Assembly: GCA_051294905.1 (NCBI GenBank) | Contig: CM119372.1 | Coordinates: forward strand, 19,842,001-19,902,000 | Direction of reading: 5' to 3' | Source of the DNA: Botryllus schlosseri | Lineage: Eukaryota | DNA length: 60,000 nt | Part shown: piece by piece, positions 11,901 to 24,656 of the stretch | Position numbering within the stretch: the stretch's first letter is position 1 | How the letters are laid out: each line of letters opens with the position of its first letter | Translations under genes and position numbers: made by a program | The notes under the pieces: model-generated | Database searches by the model: none | What the model was told of the DNA's origin: nothing | The model's input: only the letters and a program-made list of their open reading frames with translations

Positions 11901-14900
11901 GCTGGAATGATAAGGGGGAATTTCACGAGTTTTCGTGTAGACTGTTGGTCTTGTTGTTTATAAGACAAAAACGATGTGCTTATCACCTGTTGGTCCTCTG
12001 CACTACAGTCAATAATGGCGTACAGAAAATGACATTACATGAAATAATATTTCAGCACAATACCAAAATAAAAGCAATACTCAAAATCGTAATTGACGAT
12101 TTCAGGACAATCCAAATTCAGTGGCGCAGGGGTACCATTTTGGTCATTAAGGAGGATCGTCAGACAGAATTAGAAATTCAATTAGGCTTATTTTGCAATG
12201 AGGAATCTTAGTGGAGATCGCGTGATTTAAAGATCCGGTGCTCCTACAGGTATACAGTGATTAAGCATGCGTAAGTGTTGAGTATATTTTACGCAGAACT
12301 AGGAATGTAGATCTTGAAATGTATTCAGGGATTGGATATTGTAGATGAGGTGGCACGTCCCTGCCAATTTTTCAAATTACAAATTCGTTAAGCATCTTCT
12401 TTGCGAACACGAACACGTCACAGTGCTATAAAGTAGCACGACTTCATCGACATTTTCCATTATCACGAAGCATAGCCTTGAAGACCGTTGGTTTTGATAA
12501 CTTTCATATTTATCCTGACATAAAGCTATTCGGCGTCCAATATTAAATTAAAACCATGAAAACGTTAATTAGTATTTGCTTTCGCGTTCACGAAACACTG
12601 GATAAGTGAGTGAAAAAACGTTTTTACGCGTAATAAAATGAATTCCAGGTCTCTGCTTTTTAGAAACCAGGTCTAGACACGGAGTGAGCTGGTAGCGTAG
12701 CCAAGGGCGAAAGGCGACCCAGTCCCTTTCAAATTTTACATTGTCATTGTCACGTCATATATTTTCACTATGCCACAATGCATCTATGACGTCACATGAC
12801 GGTTAGAAAGTGTCCCACTTTCCATCCTCGAAATTATTGTCTTGGGTACGCCAATCAACCGATCATTGTCCTGCCAGTCCATAACCATATGAGATGCACT
12901 TACTTGAGTAGGTGGGTACCGCGCTGAACTTGACATTAGGAATGCTCCTCGTCTCCTGTCTGCGTGCTAACTGTGGCCTTTCTCCTTTCAAGTACGGATA
13001 GTCCTGTTGGTATACACTGACTCCCTCCATCGATTTCGAAGGGGGCTTATACGTTTCGGCAGGTCTGTAGGTCTTTTCAGGCATCGGGTATGCAACGTAG
13101 TCGTTCCTGAAAAGAAACACCACCATTTCAATTTCAATATCCAATCGCAAAAATATTTCAAACCGTGACTCACATGAATGTCGTTTGTCCTGCCATGGCG
13201 GCTTCCGATTTTCTTACATCATTGGCAGGCTTGCACGATTCCGTCCCGACCATAGGGTGTCTCGGATACTTGTCGACGTATTCCGTGATACGCGTCGGCT
13301 GTTCTCCATAGTTTAAAAACCCGGCCGGCCTCGGTCTGTACCACCTGCGTTCATAGGGCATTGGATATTCGTTTCAAGATTTATAGCTCGAGTGACTTAA
13401 CTCCATGCGCAATGATGCATGCACTGCACAACATTAGGGATACATACATTATCCTAATGGCTTCTGTACACTGCACTCTTAGCAAAAAGAGTGTGTATTC
13501 ACACCCGAAGGGCCGAAAAGGGTGGTACACGAAAACAGCACCTAACTGAGAATTATATCACGCTCATAAGTCCTACTTGCCTACGTTCATACCTTCGTAC
13601 GTTTAGTGTATGCATGATGCATAATTTGGTATAAAATGTTGTTCTCGATTTAAACGGCGGTATAAATCTGCGGTAGGTTCTGGTTTCGTGTGCCATGGGT
13701 GTATATTCACACCCGTATATCAGGGGTGGCACGCGGGTGGAAATGCACACTCTTTGCGGTAAGAGTGTGCACACAAAAACCATGCATTTCGCCGGTTTAC
13801 GCCATCCGTAGGGTGACAATCAGCCTGAGATATATATGTATATTAGTATAACCATACGGATTGGTGTATTTGATCGTATGTACCCTAGGGTTATGACTAG
13901 AAAAAAAATTACCTGTAGCAGGAATTAATGAACATTTTGGTATAAATTAATAAAATTATAATCGTTTTGTTCAAATCGAAAAAAAATGTCCCGCACAAAT
14001 TAACTTCAATTTTTGACAGTGGTCCAAATATAGAAAAAATTTACAATTCAAAGGTGTTCTTTGCTACAAATTATCTTCATATATATGTCCTTTTGCACTC
14101 CTGGTACAGTTCATCCATCAATTTGACTTCCCTTTCTGTGATTATGTTAGTGCCAGGGACATCTACAACTGACATATCCGACTTGCAATGGGATTTTTAG
14201 GCACTTTATAGCTGCAGGACATTCGAGCGCAAAGAGAGCAGCAAATAAACTTTGGTATACTCTAGAGCCCGACCGATATTGAATTTCTTGGTCGATACCG
14301 ATATCTCACACCTTGGCCGAGAACCCCAATACATTCAGCCGATATTCAAAAGAAGCTGGATATACATAAGCACATTTTCAAAGCTTCAGAGCATTTATTT
14401 GAACATCTTTGCAGCCATTGGTATACTTGAACATGAAATAAACGAGAAAGGCTACATCTGGACACCAGTTAAGTGTTAGCTATGTGACATACATCAATAT
14501 TCTCAGTTCATCGGTCAAAGATGATAGTTTTATGACTTCCTACCGCAATGTTGTGACGTCACGAAAATTGCCGATGATTTTTTAGCTTCAATGGCCGATA
14601 CTGATAATTCTTTCAAAGTGTGATATCGTCCTGATATTATCGGCGAACCGATAATAGGTCGCGCTCCAGTATATTCCATCTATGGTCATATGGTTATAAT
14701 ACCAGGCTTCCTGACACGCATTTACGATGAATAAGCATGATATCTCAAGAGTTACTCTCCATCTGGGGACTTGGAAGTACGGAATTATACCCTTAAGCTC
14801 CATCTCGCATTGCGTAGAGATGGAAGTTTATGCTATCTGATTAGTGGTAATCTACTATTTTATCTGAAAGAGCGGCACGCTCTGCACAGCACATAGATAA

Positions 14901-17710
14901 ACTTAAAATTATCACTCCATCCTCGGTTTTCTAATATTTTCATTTGAAATTATGGCTTGGTGGATTGTACGAAGTTTTCGTGGTGTTTTACCGTATCATC
15001 TCCAAATTCGTAGCTGAGAGTTAGATTTGTTGAGGATGTTGGATTGAAAAACTCTGACATATGCTTTAAGAATCGATATTATTATGTTGGCAACCAATGT
15101 AGTGTGATTTATAAAAACCCTTGCTCATCATTGCAATTTGCAGTTATACAGCGACATTCCGCCGCCCAGTATCAGTATCAGTGGCATTTTCAAATTTTCA
15201 TCATATTCCTCGAATCGGTTTTCTAGAGCGCTGAAAATAGCTTGAGTTGTTCTACTTTCGCCTTTTCGAACAGTCAGTTGGATTTGTGTCAGACAAATTG
15301 AAATTATACGATATATATAGTCTACATCTAAAATCGAAATTAATAATTATTTAATAATTATTTAATTCTGTATGTAAGCAAGAAAACGATCGGATAAATT
15401 CAATCTGGGCCATCACAATTTACCAATATACTATTTTAAATCTTCGCAATTGGAATTGTGTCAGTTAAATTCAAATAAGTCGGGATATATATTATATAGT
15501 CTGTATCTACAAAAATTGCCTATCCTTCATACAGTGAAAACTGGAAAATTTTTGTGCGGGAGGTTTCTGTTTAACCAGTCTTGACTTTTGTTAATTTTGA
15601 AATCAGGATACAAAAGTTCATCGTTTGTGACTACAGGAGACACAAAATTTTGAATTTTTTTTCTAGTCATAACCCTAATGTACCCACTGGAGGGGTGTGG
15701 TGTGAAAGTAAAAAAATTGTTTCGCACAGTACGCGATGATAGAAATGTAATGCACCTATTTCCATCCATACGGTTTCCATACGGTGTATGCCACCCGATC
15801 GATAACTCTGAGCTAAGGGCGTAATCCGGATGGGCGAAAAGCAACTTTGCCCCTTTCAATTTATTCCACACATACCAGACCTTCCCGTCTTCGCGGATAT
15901 ATGTTTTTATATGCCCGTAGACCCGAGGTCGGAGGAATAATACGGTGTTACACACAGAGTTCGTCAAAGCATACTCATATCTGATACTCAAGTAGAAGTA
16001 GAAGTAACGAATTAAATTTCTACTCAAGTACGAGTACAAGTAGCGATTTGCAAGTACGGTAAAAGCTAAGTATTCAATGCCTAGTTTTGCTCGAGAATTG
16101 GTAAGTAGAAGTGGAAGTTGCCTAAAACATAACTACTTGACTAGGTAGTGAAAGTAGGTAAAACGTACTTTAGTACTCTGATAAACTAGTTCAAGTACTT
16201 TGTTACAGAAGATCTCTGGTTACACAACAATGGCAGAAAACGACCAGAACAAATGAGCATTAGCAACATAATATCGTTCAATTATTGTTTTACCAATTCA
16301 TAGAAGCAACCCACTCGTGATACGAATGTAGATTCACTCCGAACGCCGAGATTGTTCCGATGTTCTGTTTGTGCTAATAAAGAATTCGTGCCACCCGAAT
16401 ATCACAAAACAGAACGATGACGGCTTCGTCAAGTCGAAACAAAGCTATTGGACAAGTCAAATATTTGGCAACCTCGTTGTATTATGATATCGAACTTCTG
16501 GTGGATACTTGACAACGATCAGACTATACACTAAAGTTCGACAACGCCCCTTCAAATCCTTTTATCACCGTAATTTGCGCTATATAATGCTCGATTGCGG
16601 TCGCACGATCCCGTCTACAGAGTAGCGAATCTTATTTGTCAACTGAATTTGTAGGTTTAACGCCGGGGTCTTCATGAATAAATAAGGTTTATTACGCGTA
16701 CTCGACAGCTTTATAGATTGTTGAAGTTACCATGGGTGATAAATTTATCAATCGAGCCGATAGCCGAATCCATATATAACTCGAATCAGCTGTGGATATC
16801 GATACAGTTTTTACAGCACACGATGTCGATATCACAATAGATAAACGGTATGGACCAATAAAAACAGTCGCAACAATCATTATACACGCCAGACTTCATG
16901 TAAGCAAGGAAGCACATAGTAATGCATACCATATCCACATATCTAACATATTAATGTTCGATAGCTATTCCGTTCGCCATGTAATGGAGGGAATAGTTTC
17001 TGAGGAAGCATTTACGGAGGCATCGTTTGATAGTCATTCCACGTTACTAAGATATCAAGTCAAACCATACCGCTGCAATCAAGGTAGCTACGTTCCTACC
17101 GAAATAGTTTACGCACAGTATTCACTACCATTACGCATTCTGCATTGTAAGTAGATGTACATAAGCATCGAGCTATGAACACAAAGACAAATGTACGATA
17201 CGACAATGCCTCCCTCACCAACCATAGTACGATTGTTAAATTCCATTGACAAGAACAAAGCCCAGAAGGTATTTAATGATTTCAGGCTATACTTCGAGTA
17301 TATATAGGGTCATTATTCGTCGGCGTCTTGTACTGTTTCGGTAAAACTTTGGAAATACATGTCTTGGATTGTTCAATAATATTTAAATGATATTCGCAAT
17401 CTATTAGGCAACATTTCGAACCAAAAGGGAAAAAAATTCTCGACATTTTCCAACTTCGGAGTCCGAAATATTAATTATTGGAACGGTGTCAGCGTTGCAA
17501 GATGCTAACTGTATTGGCAATAACGCACGAGGTATCGCACTGGGAGACAATTGGACATGGACAGTCAACTCTGAAATCGTGGTAGTGCTCACGCTCATGT
17601 ATGTTGCAAATAGATCGCATTATGAATAAATAATCCCTAATATCGGCTACGAAGTAGCAAAAAATCGATACGACATATGAGATTCCAACTTACCACTTTT
17701 GAACCTTCAT
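5919..17710 (-). CDS. SAXO: SAXO/FAM154-family stabilizer of axonemal microtubules, 6 coding exons, 454 aa predicted
   Basis: Exons 17710-17694, 13344-13174, 13106-12904, 11901-11798, 11735-11168, 6220-5919 join in frame through GT-AG introns (1365 nt). The protein is built of Mn/STOP-like repeats (TTFMNDY, SVYQQDY, PTYSTDYKKW, STFRRDY, TTFRDAY, SEFRDSFVAW, TNYRTDFKKW, TIYRTEY) with ESCKP/ESAKP linkers. The 17-nt first exon is the least certain part. Confidence 0.9.
7032..9293. mobile_element. Non-autonomous hAT element (CAGGGGTTCTCA TIR, GTGGGCCA subterminal repeats) carrying a nested insertion
   Basis: CAGGGGTTCTCA...TGAGAACCCCTG; exact TSD ATTTAGGC (7024-7031, 9294-9301). Confidence 0.88.
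8294..9279. mobile_element. MITE with TAGGGATGGTGTGAAC TIR, nested in the right end of 7032-9293
   Basis: TAGGGATGGTGTGAAC...GTTCACACCATCCCTA; TGAGAAC duplicated on both sides; homologous over its length to 25626-26644. Confidence 0.9.
9560..10857. mobile_element. Non-autonomous DNA element with CACTGGTCTAC TIR and 4-bp TSD (Sola-like)
   Basis: CACTGGTCTAC at 9560 and GTAGACCAGTG ending 10857; ATTA on both flanks; its 5' part repeats 9294-9555. The superfamily call is an inference from TSD length. Confidence 0.6.
13474..13767. mobile_element. Small MITE with CACTCTTA ends and 2-bp TG TSD (CACTA/EnSpm-like)
   Basis: CACTCTTAGCAAAAAGAGTGTG...CACACTCTTTGCGGTAAGAGTG, flanked by TG on both sides. 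Confidence 0.6.
13886..15677. mobile_element. hAT-type non-autonomous element in SAXO intron 1
   Basis: TIR TAGGGTTATGACTAGAAAAAAA / TTTTTTTCTAGTCATAACCCTA; exact TSD ATGTACCC. Confidence 0.88.
14263..14668. mobile_element. MITE (TAGAGCCCGACCGATA end, CCGATA repeats) nested in 13886-15677
   Basis: TAGAGCCCGACC...GGTCGCGCTCCA; TSD GTATACTC/GTATATTC. Confidence 0.75.
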
Positions 17711-19164
17711 CTCGACGGTATGAAGCTGAAGCAGGCGTCTCTGTAACTACAGTGATTTTGTGACTTCAAGCGATATCTTAGGTACTATATCTGAAATCAG
17801 GTATACAACCATCACAATTCAACCTTTCTTCCTGTATTACTTTTGCAATTGCCTTGGCATCAAACGGATCGGACGCTGCAAGAACTGTCTCGTCAATTAT
17901 ACTAAAATAGTACTCTCACATATCCCAGTTTTGGGATACTTCAATGAAATATCTAAAGGTTAAATCTGCACAATCTCTAGCCAGTAAAAGCTTCTGTACT
18001 GTTCGCGATCCCGGTTGTACGCGCCGGCGCAGTGATGCGAAACCGTCGCTATGAAGCCAGCGTGGTAACCATGCGCTATCGAGCCTCTCCAAATAGTATG
18101 ACGATTCTCTCGTCGCCCTTAGCCTTTTCCGCCAAACAATAGTGGCACTAAGCCAACTTTCACGCAGGTTTAATTTACGATCAAGTGCGTTCAATAAATA
18201 GACCGTTTGTCTTCGTCCTCATTCTTTCGTGCAACGTTTATTGTAACTCGACGAACGAGCAAATCACGTTCCCGGATAGGCAGAGGGTAAGATATATACA
18301 TATTTCATAGGGATCAATAAGAAAGACACATGTTGATTTGCGCTAGGTAAAGCTATGACATACGCCGCGTAAAGCTCTAGCTCGTCACCATGTAAATGAC
18401 TTTCGAAATCCACAGATCGACTACGTATAGAAACGTTTAAATGTGGATGTATTTATTGTATTAGGGATGAGTTGATTGAATTAGAGGAAATGAATGGATG
18501 GTTATGCTCTTAGCGTTGGCATCAGCCATCATTAAAAATACGACGATGCTCTCCGACTTAATCTGTTCAAATATTACACAACATACGTAATTCGCGACAT
18601 ATCTCATGTATAAACATCATTCGTTCGTATATTTAGAAATTTCGTCATTTCCAAACACACCATGCACAAGATTGCGATAAAAAGGAAAGATGGGACGCTG
18701 TCGAAACAACTTGGATCGAGTATTTTTTTAAATCAGACACTCACCCTCCCTGTTCTGGAACAAGAAAATAAGAGACATACACATCAAATGAAAATGAATG
18801 CAAGATGACATAGAAGGACAAACGACGATGTGGCGTGTGTCGGTAGGCGAAGTCAATGTCAGATCGTGGCCCGGTAATTTAGATAGCTGTCTGGTATCTA
18901 CTCAACAGGAACAGCTTATATTCCGTCTTAAAAGTGGTCAACTGGACAATGGATATGCCCGGCGATTGTTGGTTAGCCGCAGGGTTGTAATGACTCGAGT
19001 CAGACTCGAGTCGCGATTTTTTAAGGACTCGACTTGACTCGAGTCATTTTCTTAAAAATGAAAAATGACTCGACTCGAGTCAATTTACGTATTGACTCGA
19101 CTTGTACTCGAGTCATTGCGCCTGACTCGGACCAAGTCATATGACTCGAGATTGGTCTACTAAG

Positions 19165-20444
19165 CAGGGCTTTGGAGCAGCCGTAAATTTTAACTGCTCC
19201 AGCTCCGGCTCCGGAGCTTTCTTCTATCATACATTAGCTCCGGCTCCTGCTCCGGAGTCGCATTATTACCACTGCTCCGGCTCCAGCTCCGGCTCCGGCT
19301 CTGAAAATTATCGAATGGGTCTGTCTATATCAGGGGTGGCGAACCCGCGGAGAGGGTTTTGAGTGGCCCGCGCAGTCATTTCTTATTATAATTATCGAAA
19401 TCCTGTTATATTATCGAAAATGAATTGCTGAGATTGCGAACTTGCAAGGCCAACCAAAAATTTCTAGTCTGGCTGCGACACTTGGGATGTTGATGACTAA
19501 AATATCAGTTCCGACGCATTGGCAGATCCATGGTCCAGTCACATTTTTAGTAAATCGTGGTACATTACAATAAACTAAAATAGTAGTGAAATTTTTCTTC
19601 ATGCTTCGCGTGTGTAATTGTGACACGATTTCTTGCTTGGTAGCCTACCCCCTCCTGAAAATGAAAAAAACGCCTAATTTACCCGATTGAGTCTAACTGT
19701 ATTCGCAATTACGGGAGAAAGAATTTCGCGTTTGCACTCGCAGAAAGATCGTCGACGATGAAATGTAAGCACAAAATGATTGTCGCATATTACCGGAAAC
19801 CTTCGATATCGATGTGTCCAGACGCCGAATAGTCGTGTCCTTGCAAACTGAGTCCAGTGGGCGGTACAGTGGACCCGCAATATACCCAAATAATAATATT
19901 ATTGACCTAGTTCATTTAAGAACTTCGAAAAGTTTACACGCTTGACGCGGCTAGTGGACCGCGCACTCGTTCGTCAATTGCATGTGCCCCTTTGGCCGAA
20001 AAGGTTGGCCATCCCTGGTCTATATAGATTAGATACTAGTCTGCCCATAGGTTAGTTGTCTATAATAATCTAGATTCTAGAGTCTGTCAGCCGTCAGTAA
20101 CATCGGATGCCGCAACGAAGACATAGGTGCCGCCGTGCCTCCTTGTGACGTCATAATGAAAACTTGTATATTGTCGATAACATCGTAGTTGCACTAGAAC
20201 GCATTTTACTCCATGCCATTGCTGTGCACAACATTCAAATTCAGGCCTGCTGGTAAATTATGTGAAATCAGCAGATATGGTTGTTGCATATATAACAGCA
20301 TCTTGTGAAATACGTCGGAGCCGGAGCTACTCCTCAAATAACGGGCTCCGGCTCCGGCTCCAGCTCCGGTTGAATTTTATGTATAGCTCCGGCTCCAGCT
20401 CCGGTGAAAATGCACGGCTCCGGGGCTCCGGCTCCAAAGCCCTG
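19165..20444. mobile_element. GGCTCC-rich hAT-type MITE, middle layer of the triple nest
   Basis: TIR CAGGGCTTTGGAGC / GCTCCAAAGCCCTG; exact TSD CTACTAAG; (GGCTCC)n arrays. Confidence 0.92.
19331..20017. mobile_element. hAT/Charlie-like MITE, inner layer of the triple nest
   Basis: CAGGGGTGGCGAACC...GGTTGGCCATCCCTG; exact TSD GTCTATAT. Confidence 0.9.
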
Positions 20445-21205
20445 CTACTAAGACCGGCATTTCATTGTTATTTCGAAGTATAATAAAGTTATCACACTAT
20501 TATTATTTCGTCTATCAGTACTGGTACTTGAAAATGCTACCAAAAACTGTTCAAGTGAAGAAAATTAGTATAATACGAATGCGATGCATTCGATATCACC
20601 GAGCAGAGTGGTAAAAAGTGGGTTTCACATGACATTAACTTGGAACTGCTGAACAGTCAACATAACGACTTGGACTCGGACTCGAGTCAAAACACTATGA
20701 CTCGGACTCGACACTGTACTCCGTGACTTGGACTCAGACTTGACTCGGTGGTGAAATAAAAATGACTCGACTTGAATCGAGTAAAAACTATGAAAGTGAG
20801 ATTGACTTGTAACTCGGAACCTTGTGATTCGGTTACGCTCCTGGTCAGCCGTCCAAACACTGTTCCGCAGTTGAGGTCCTGCATACATATAGAAAAATAT
20901 ATTGATTGATACGACCTACGAAGACCATGGTGTAACTACAGACTGCAAACGAAATCGGCCATGGTTTATCGGCTTGCAGATTAAATGCTAATTCAACTAG
21001 CCTATAGTGTTTAAAATAAGCTCGCATACATTTATCGAGCTTACCGGTGTCTGATTCGCACGCTTCACTACACATACTCTGTACTAAAGCAAAGCATTCT
21101 ACGCGTAGATCGATACGTTATTGAGGTGCCCCTCCGTAAAACGACATATCTCGATCATTACACGATGTATGCATGTGCATGTGCAGTACAATGTACATAA
21201 GCAAC

Positions 21206-22389
21206 CAGAGGTGGTCAGTAACGAAGTACTTCTACTCTTTTGAAGTACTCAAGTAGTTTTGCGCTACTTGGGTACTTATTCAAGTAGATCTGATTTCCCG
21301 CTACTTCTACTTCTACTTAATAATATTTTGTGATCTACTTACTTACTTTTCGCTATTTTCAGTTTGTCAAGTAGAAGTAGTTTTATCCTACAAGCAGCAA
21401 GATAGCCTGAGGTATTTCAGGGCTGTTTTCAAGGAGTATCAACATTTAATTTTCATAAAAGTTGAGAAAAGTCCAAAATTCTCGTTGCGCACCGCATTGT
21501 CGCCTATATGAAATATTTCATCACAGTAAATAATATTGGCCCGTCAGTCCGTTTGAAACTGATGTTTCGCAATCTAGCATTTACTTATCACATCGTAATC
21601 TAGCATCCATGGCGTGTCCTAATCTGGAAAAGTGGACTCTGACTTATTTTTAGCTTTAGACCTGTTTTAGCATACCACCTTGGTACCTTTCCGGACTACA
21701 GACATCACATACATTTCCGCTATTAGAAGTAGTCTTTATATTCACTTTCAATTCCCGGTATCATACTTTGAGTTCTAAGTAGTATCAGTTCTTTTTTCTG
21801 GAGAACATACATGTTGAAGTATAAAAGCAAGTGTAGTAATGCCTTTAACTTCTGGCAATAAAGCTACACAATGTGGTATTTTACGATCGACCATATTTTT
21901 TTATTAACGTTTACTAATTGCGCAAAGTGTTTACACCGTATCCGATACAACTTCTCCGTATTGCTCTTCGACCAAACTACGGACCTTATAATATGGGGGC
22001 GGGCGCCATACCATGCTATTTTCTAAAACGTGCTGTTCGAGTAAAAAGAGGATTAGTATCGTATTTCCATGTCAATACTGTCATTTTCATCCCATGATGC
22101 GGACGTATGCTTATGCTGTCGAAAATGGGATACCTCCTTGTATGCATCAATATGAATCAAGCTCTGCACCTCTCACATAGCTGAATCTGCAGCCATGCGA
22201 AAGAATTACGACCGTTTTCACAACTACTTACTTACTTGAGTAGATTTAAAGTCAGTCAATTCTACTTCTACTTCAAGTAGTTTTAGGTTGCTTATGGAAG
22301 AAGTACTTCTACTCGTACTTGAGTATATTTTTTTGTCGCTACTTCTACTTCTACTTGAGTAACTTTCTTGACTACTTTGACCACCTCTG
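21206..22389. mobile_element. CTACTT-rich hAT-type MITE (CAGAGGTGGTCA TIR)
   Basis: CAGAGGTGGTCA...TGACCACCTCTG; TSD TAAGCAAC/TAAGAAAC; homologous to 36581-38171. Confidence 0.9.
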
Positions 22390-24656
22390 TAAGAAACTAA
22401 TGAATAATGTGAGTTAGGGAGTAATTTTTGTTTCTTCCGAGTTTGTTTTGTGATACTGATACTGCCAGTTGCTGACATCCACCTCCTGCTTGGCGATAAA
22501 GCGATAATATGAAAATATTCATTGTCAATCCGGTAGGGCTACACGGAATGCCTATGGATTAAACATGGATTCATAATGTGAAAACGTACATCGAACCGTT
22601 CGGTTTAGTAGCAATGAAGTGTCAGAGGACATTATTATTTATGTAGATGGGCCGACCAATCTCATAATACTCAGCGACGTCACTCGTGGTGAGTTGGGTT
22701 ACTGATAGACTGGCTCGTTCATCGATCTAATTATTATCATCCGTCTGATGGCGCTGCGAAATCGCAGATATCAAGAAAACTGGCGAGAACTGAAAAGAAA
22801 CAGACCGACTGATGTACTAGTGCAGCTGGCAACGGAATAAGTTATTGCAGAATTGCCGTTTCCCCATTTCCCGATTTGGGGATGCTATTTTACCATTCTT
22901 TTGACTCTCGAAATATGCACCTTATTATTTATCAATTTATTTGTTTAAGATCTCAGTATTCTGACGTTCATATCGCAGTATCGGGATCTGAAACAATAGG
23001 TCTACCGTCTGCGGTTCCATTATGCGTGTTATTTATGAAATATAAGCGAAATACATAAAGTTTCACCAGTGAGATGCCCGCTCAGGGTTCGTTGTGACGT
23101 GATTGATAAAGAGTCGAACAGCCGTATTTTAAACGGTATTATCGTAAAGAGCTACGCCTTAATATTGGCACACAAAACAACCCCTCATCTTTCCACATAC
23201 ACTAACGCCGCTGATTTGAACAGATTAACTGAAAATGTTACTAAGACAGCAGCCAGAACAGCAATTTAATAAGATTGGCAGTTGCAGATTTGAAATCACG
23301 GAAAAAAATCATCACTATTGTAACGTCGAGGCTCCATTATCGTGTAATTAATGTGTGACGTCACAGTGACCTGGAATGAGTCAAACTAGTCAGCGTCACG
23401 ACTCAATTAGAAATACCGCCATAAATTTGTTCTCATTTATATACATATACAATACATGTATACATGTACTTCGACTTAAGTAGAAAATTGAATGACTGAA
23501 AAGTAATTAAGTAAGCAGTTTCGAGAGGTATAGATTTGGTCGAGGGCTCGCCTTCTTTTACGTTCCAATAGATGAATAGCATGAATGAAATCGGTTTTGA
23601 CTGACTACAAATATGGTTCCATTGCCTACAGTACGCCTATTAATAGTAACTAATGACCTATCTGCTGAAAATCATTTTACCGGGTAAAGGTATTGCTGGT
23701 ATGCCGATATGCTATATATCCGTAATATCAGCGAATTTTTAATTTGGATTGACTACCGCACAGCGCCGTATGCATGGCACCAACGCAGTATGGATACACT
23801 CTGCTAATTTAGCAAACTACATATGGATATGTGCATGGAGTTTATGAATATATTAGCAGCGAACATAACTGGGTAATGGGTATATATGTCGTCGAGAGAC
23901 ATAAATACGAAAATCAAAACTCCGACGCCAAGGGCCGCACGAAGCTAAGAAAACAGCTGCAAGCGGGGGTTGTCCAGGTCGTTTCTGGGACTCTAGTCAA
24001 CAACGAATTCAAGATATATTATATATTCAAATTCTAAGAATACGATTGATCCGGTATTACACTATTATGCCATATCTATATATGGTGTACTCATTATGAA
24101 GTTACTCGTATTACCCGGTAATTTTCAACTTTTTTTCTCCTTTTGTCCGCGCAACGTACTTTTGTTTACTTGAATTAGATTGGGGAGTTGCTCTAAAAAT
24201 AGTGATTTTGAACGAAATTAAAATTAAATGCGAACATTATATAGCGAAATATGTGGCCACCGCAGAACACCATTTGTTTTAATGCCATTGTGGCCACGCA
24301 TATGAGGAACTTATATTGTTTTATGGAGACGACCTTTTCAGGTACCATTAATATTTGATCGCGACGTATGCATTATACATTGATGCTTAGGATGTTGACA
24401 GCATGCTCAGAACAATTTGTTTTGTGACCAGGACTCTCGTGCAGTCATATTGCATCAACTCTTCGTACTGCCAGGTCGTTCGTTTCGGGTAAGGAAGCGG
24501 CAAATATGTTAAATTTGACCTCATGTTGAAACCCAGAAATGATAGTTTTGCTTTTTATTCATATTCACAGAAGGTGTGAGCTACATACTGAAATATAGTT
24601 AATTATCTGTTTCAGCTGTACTAGCATTGAAGCTACATGTGATATCCAGAATCAGA

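Larger units (their letters stand above)
18980..20843. mobile_element. GACTC-rich hAT-type MITE, outer layer of a triple nest
   Basis: CAGGGTTGTAA start, GTTACGCTCCTG end, TSD GTTAGCCG/GTCAGCCG; same family as 37174-37717 in opposite orientation. Confidence 0.85.

Noticed and set aside
11175..12211. Plus-strand ORFs of 97-174 aa
   Set aside because: Antisense shadows of the GC-rich SAXO exons.
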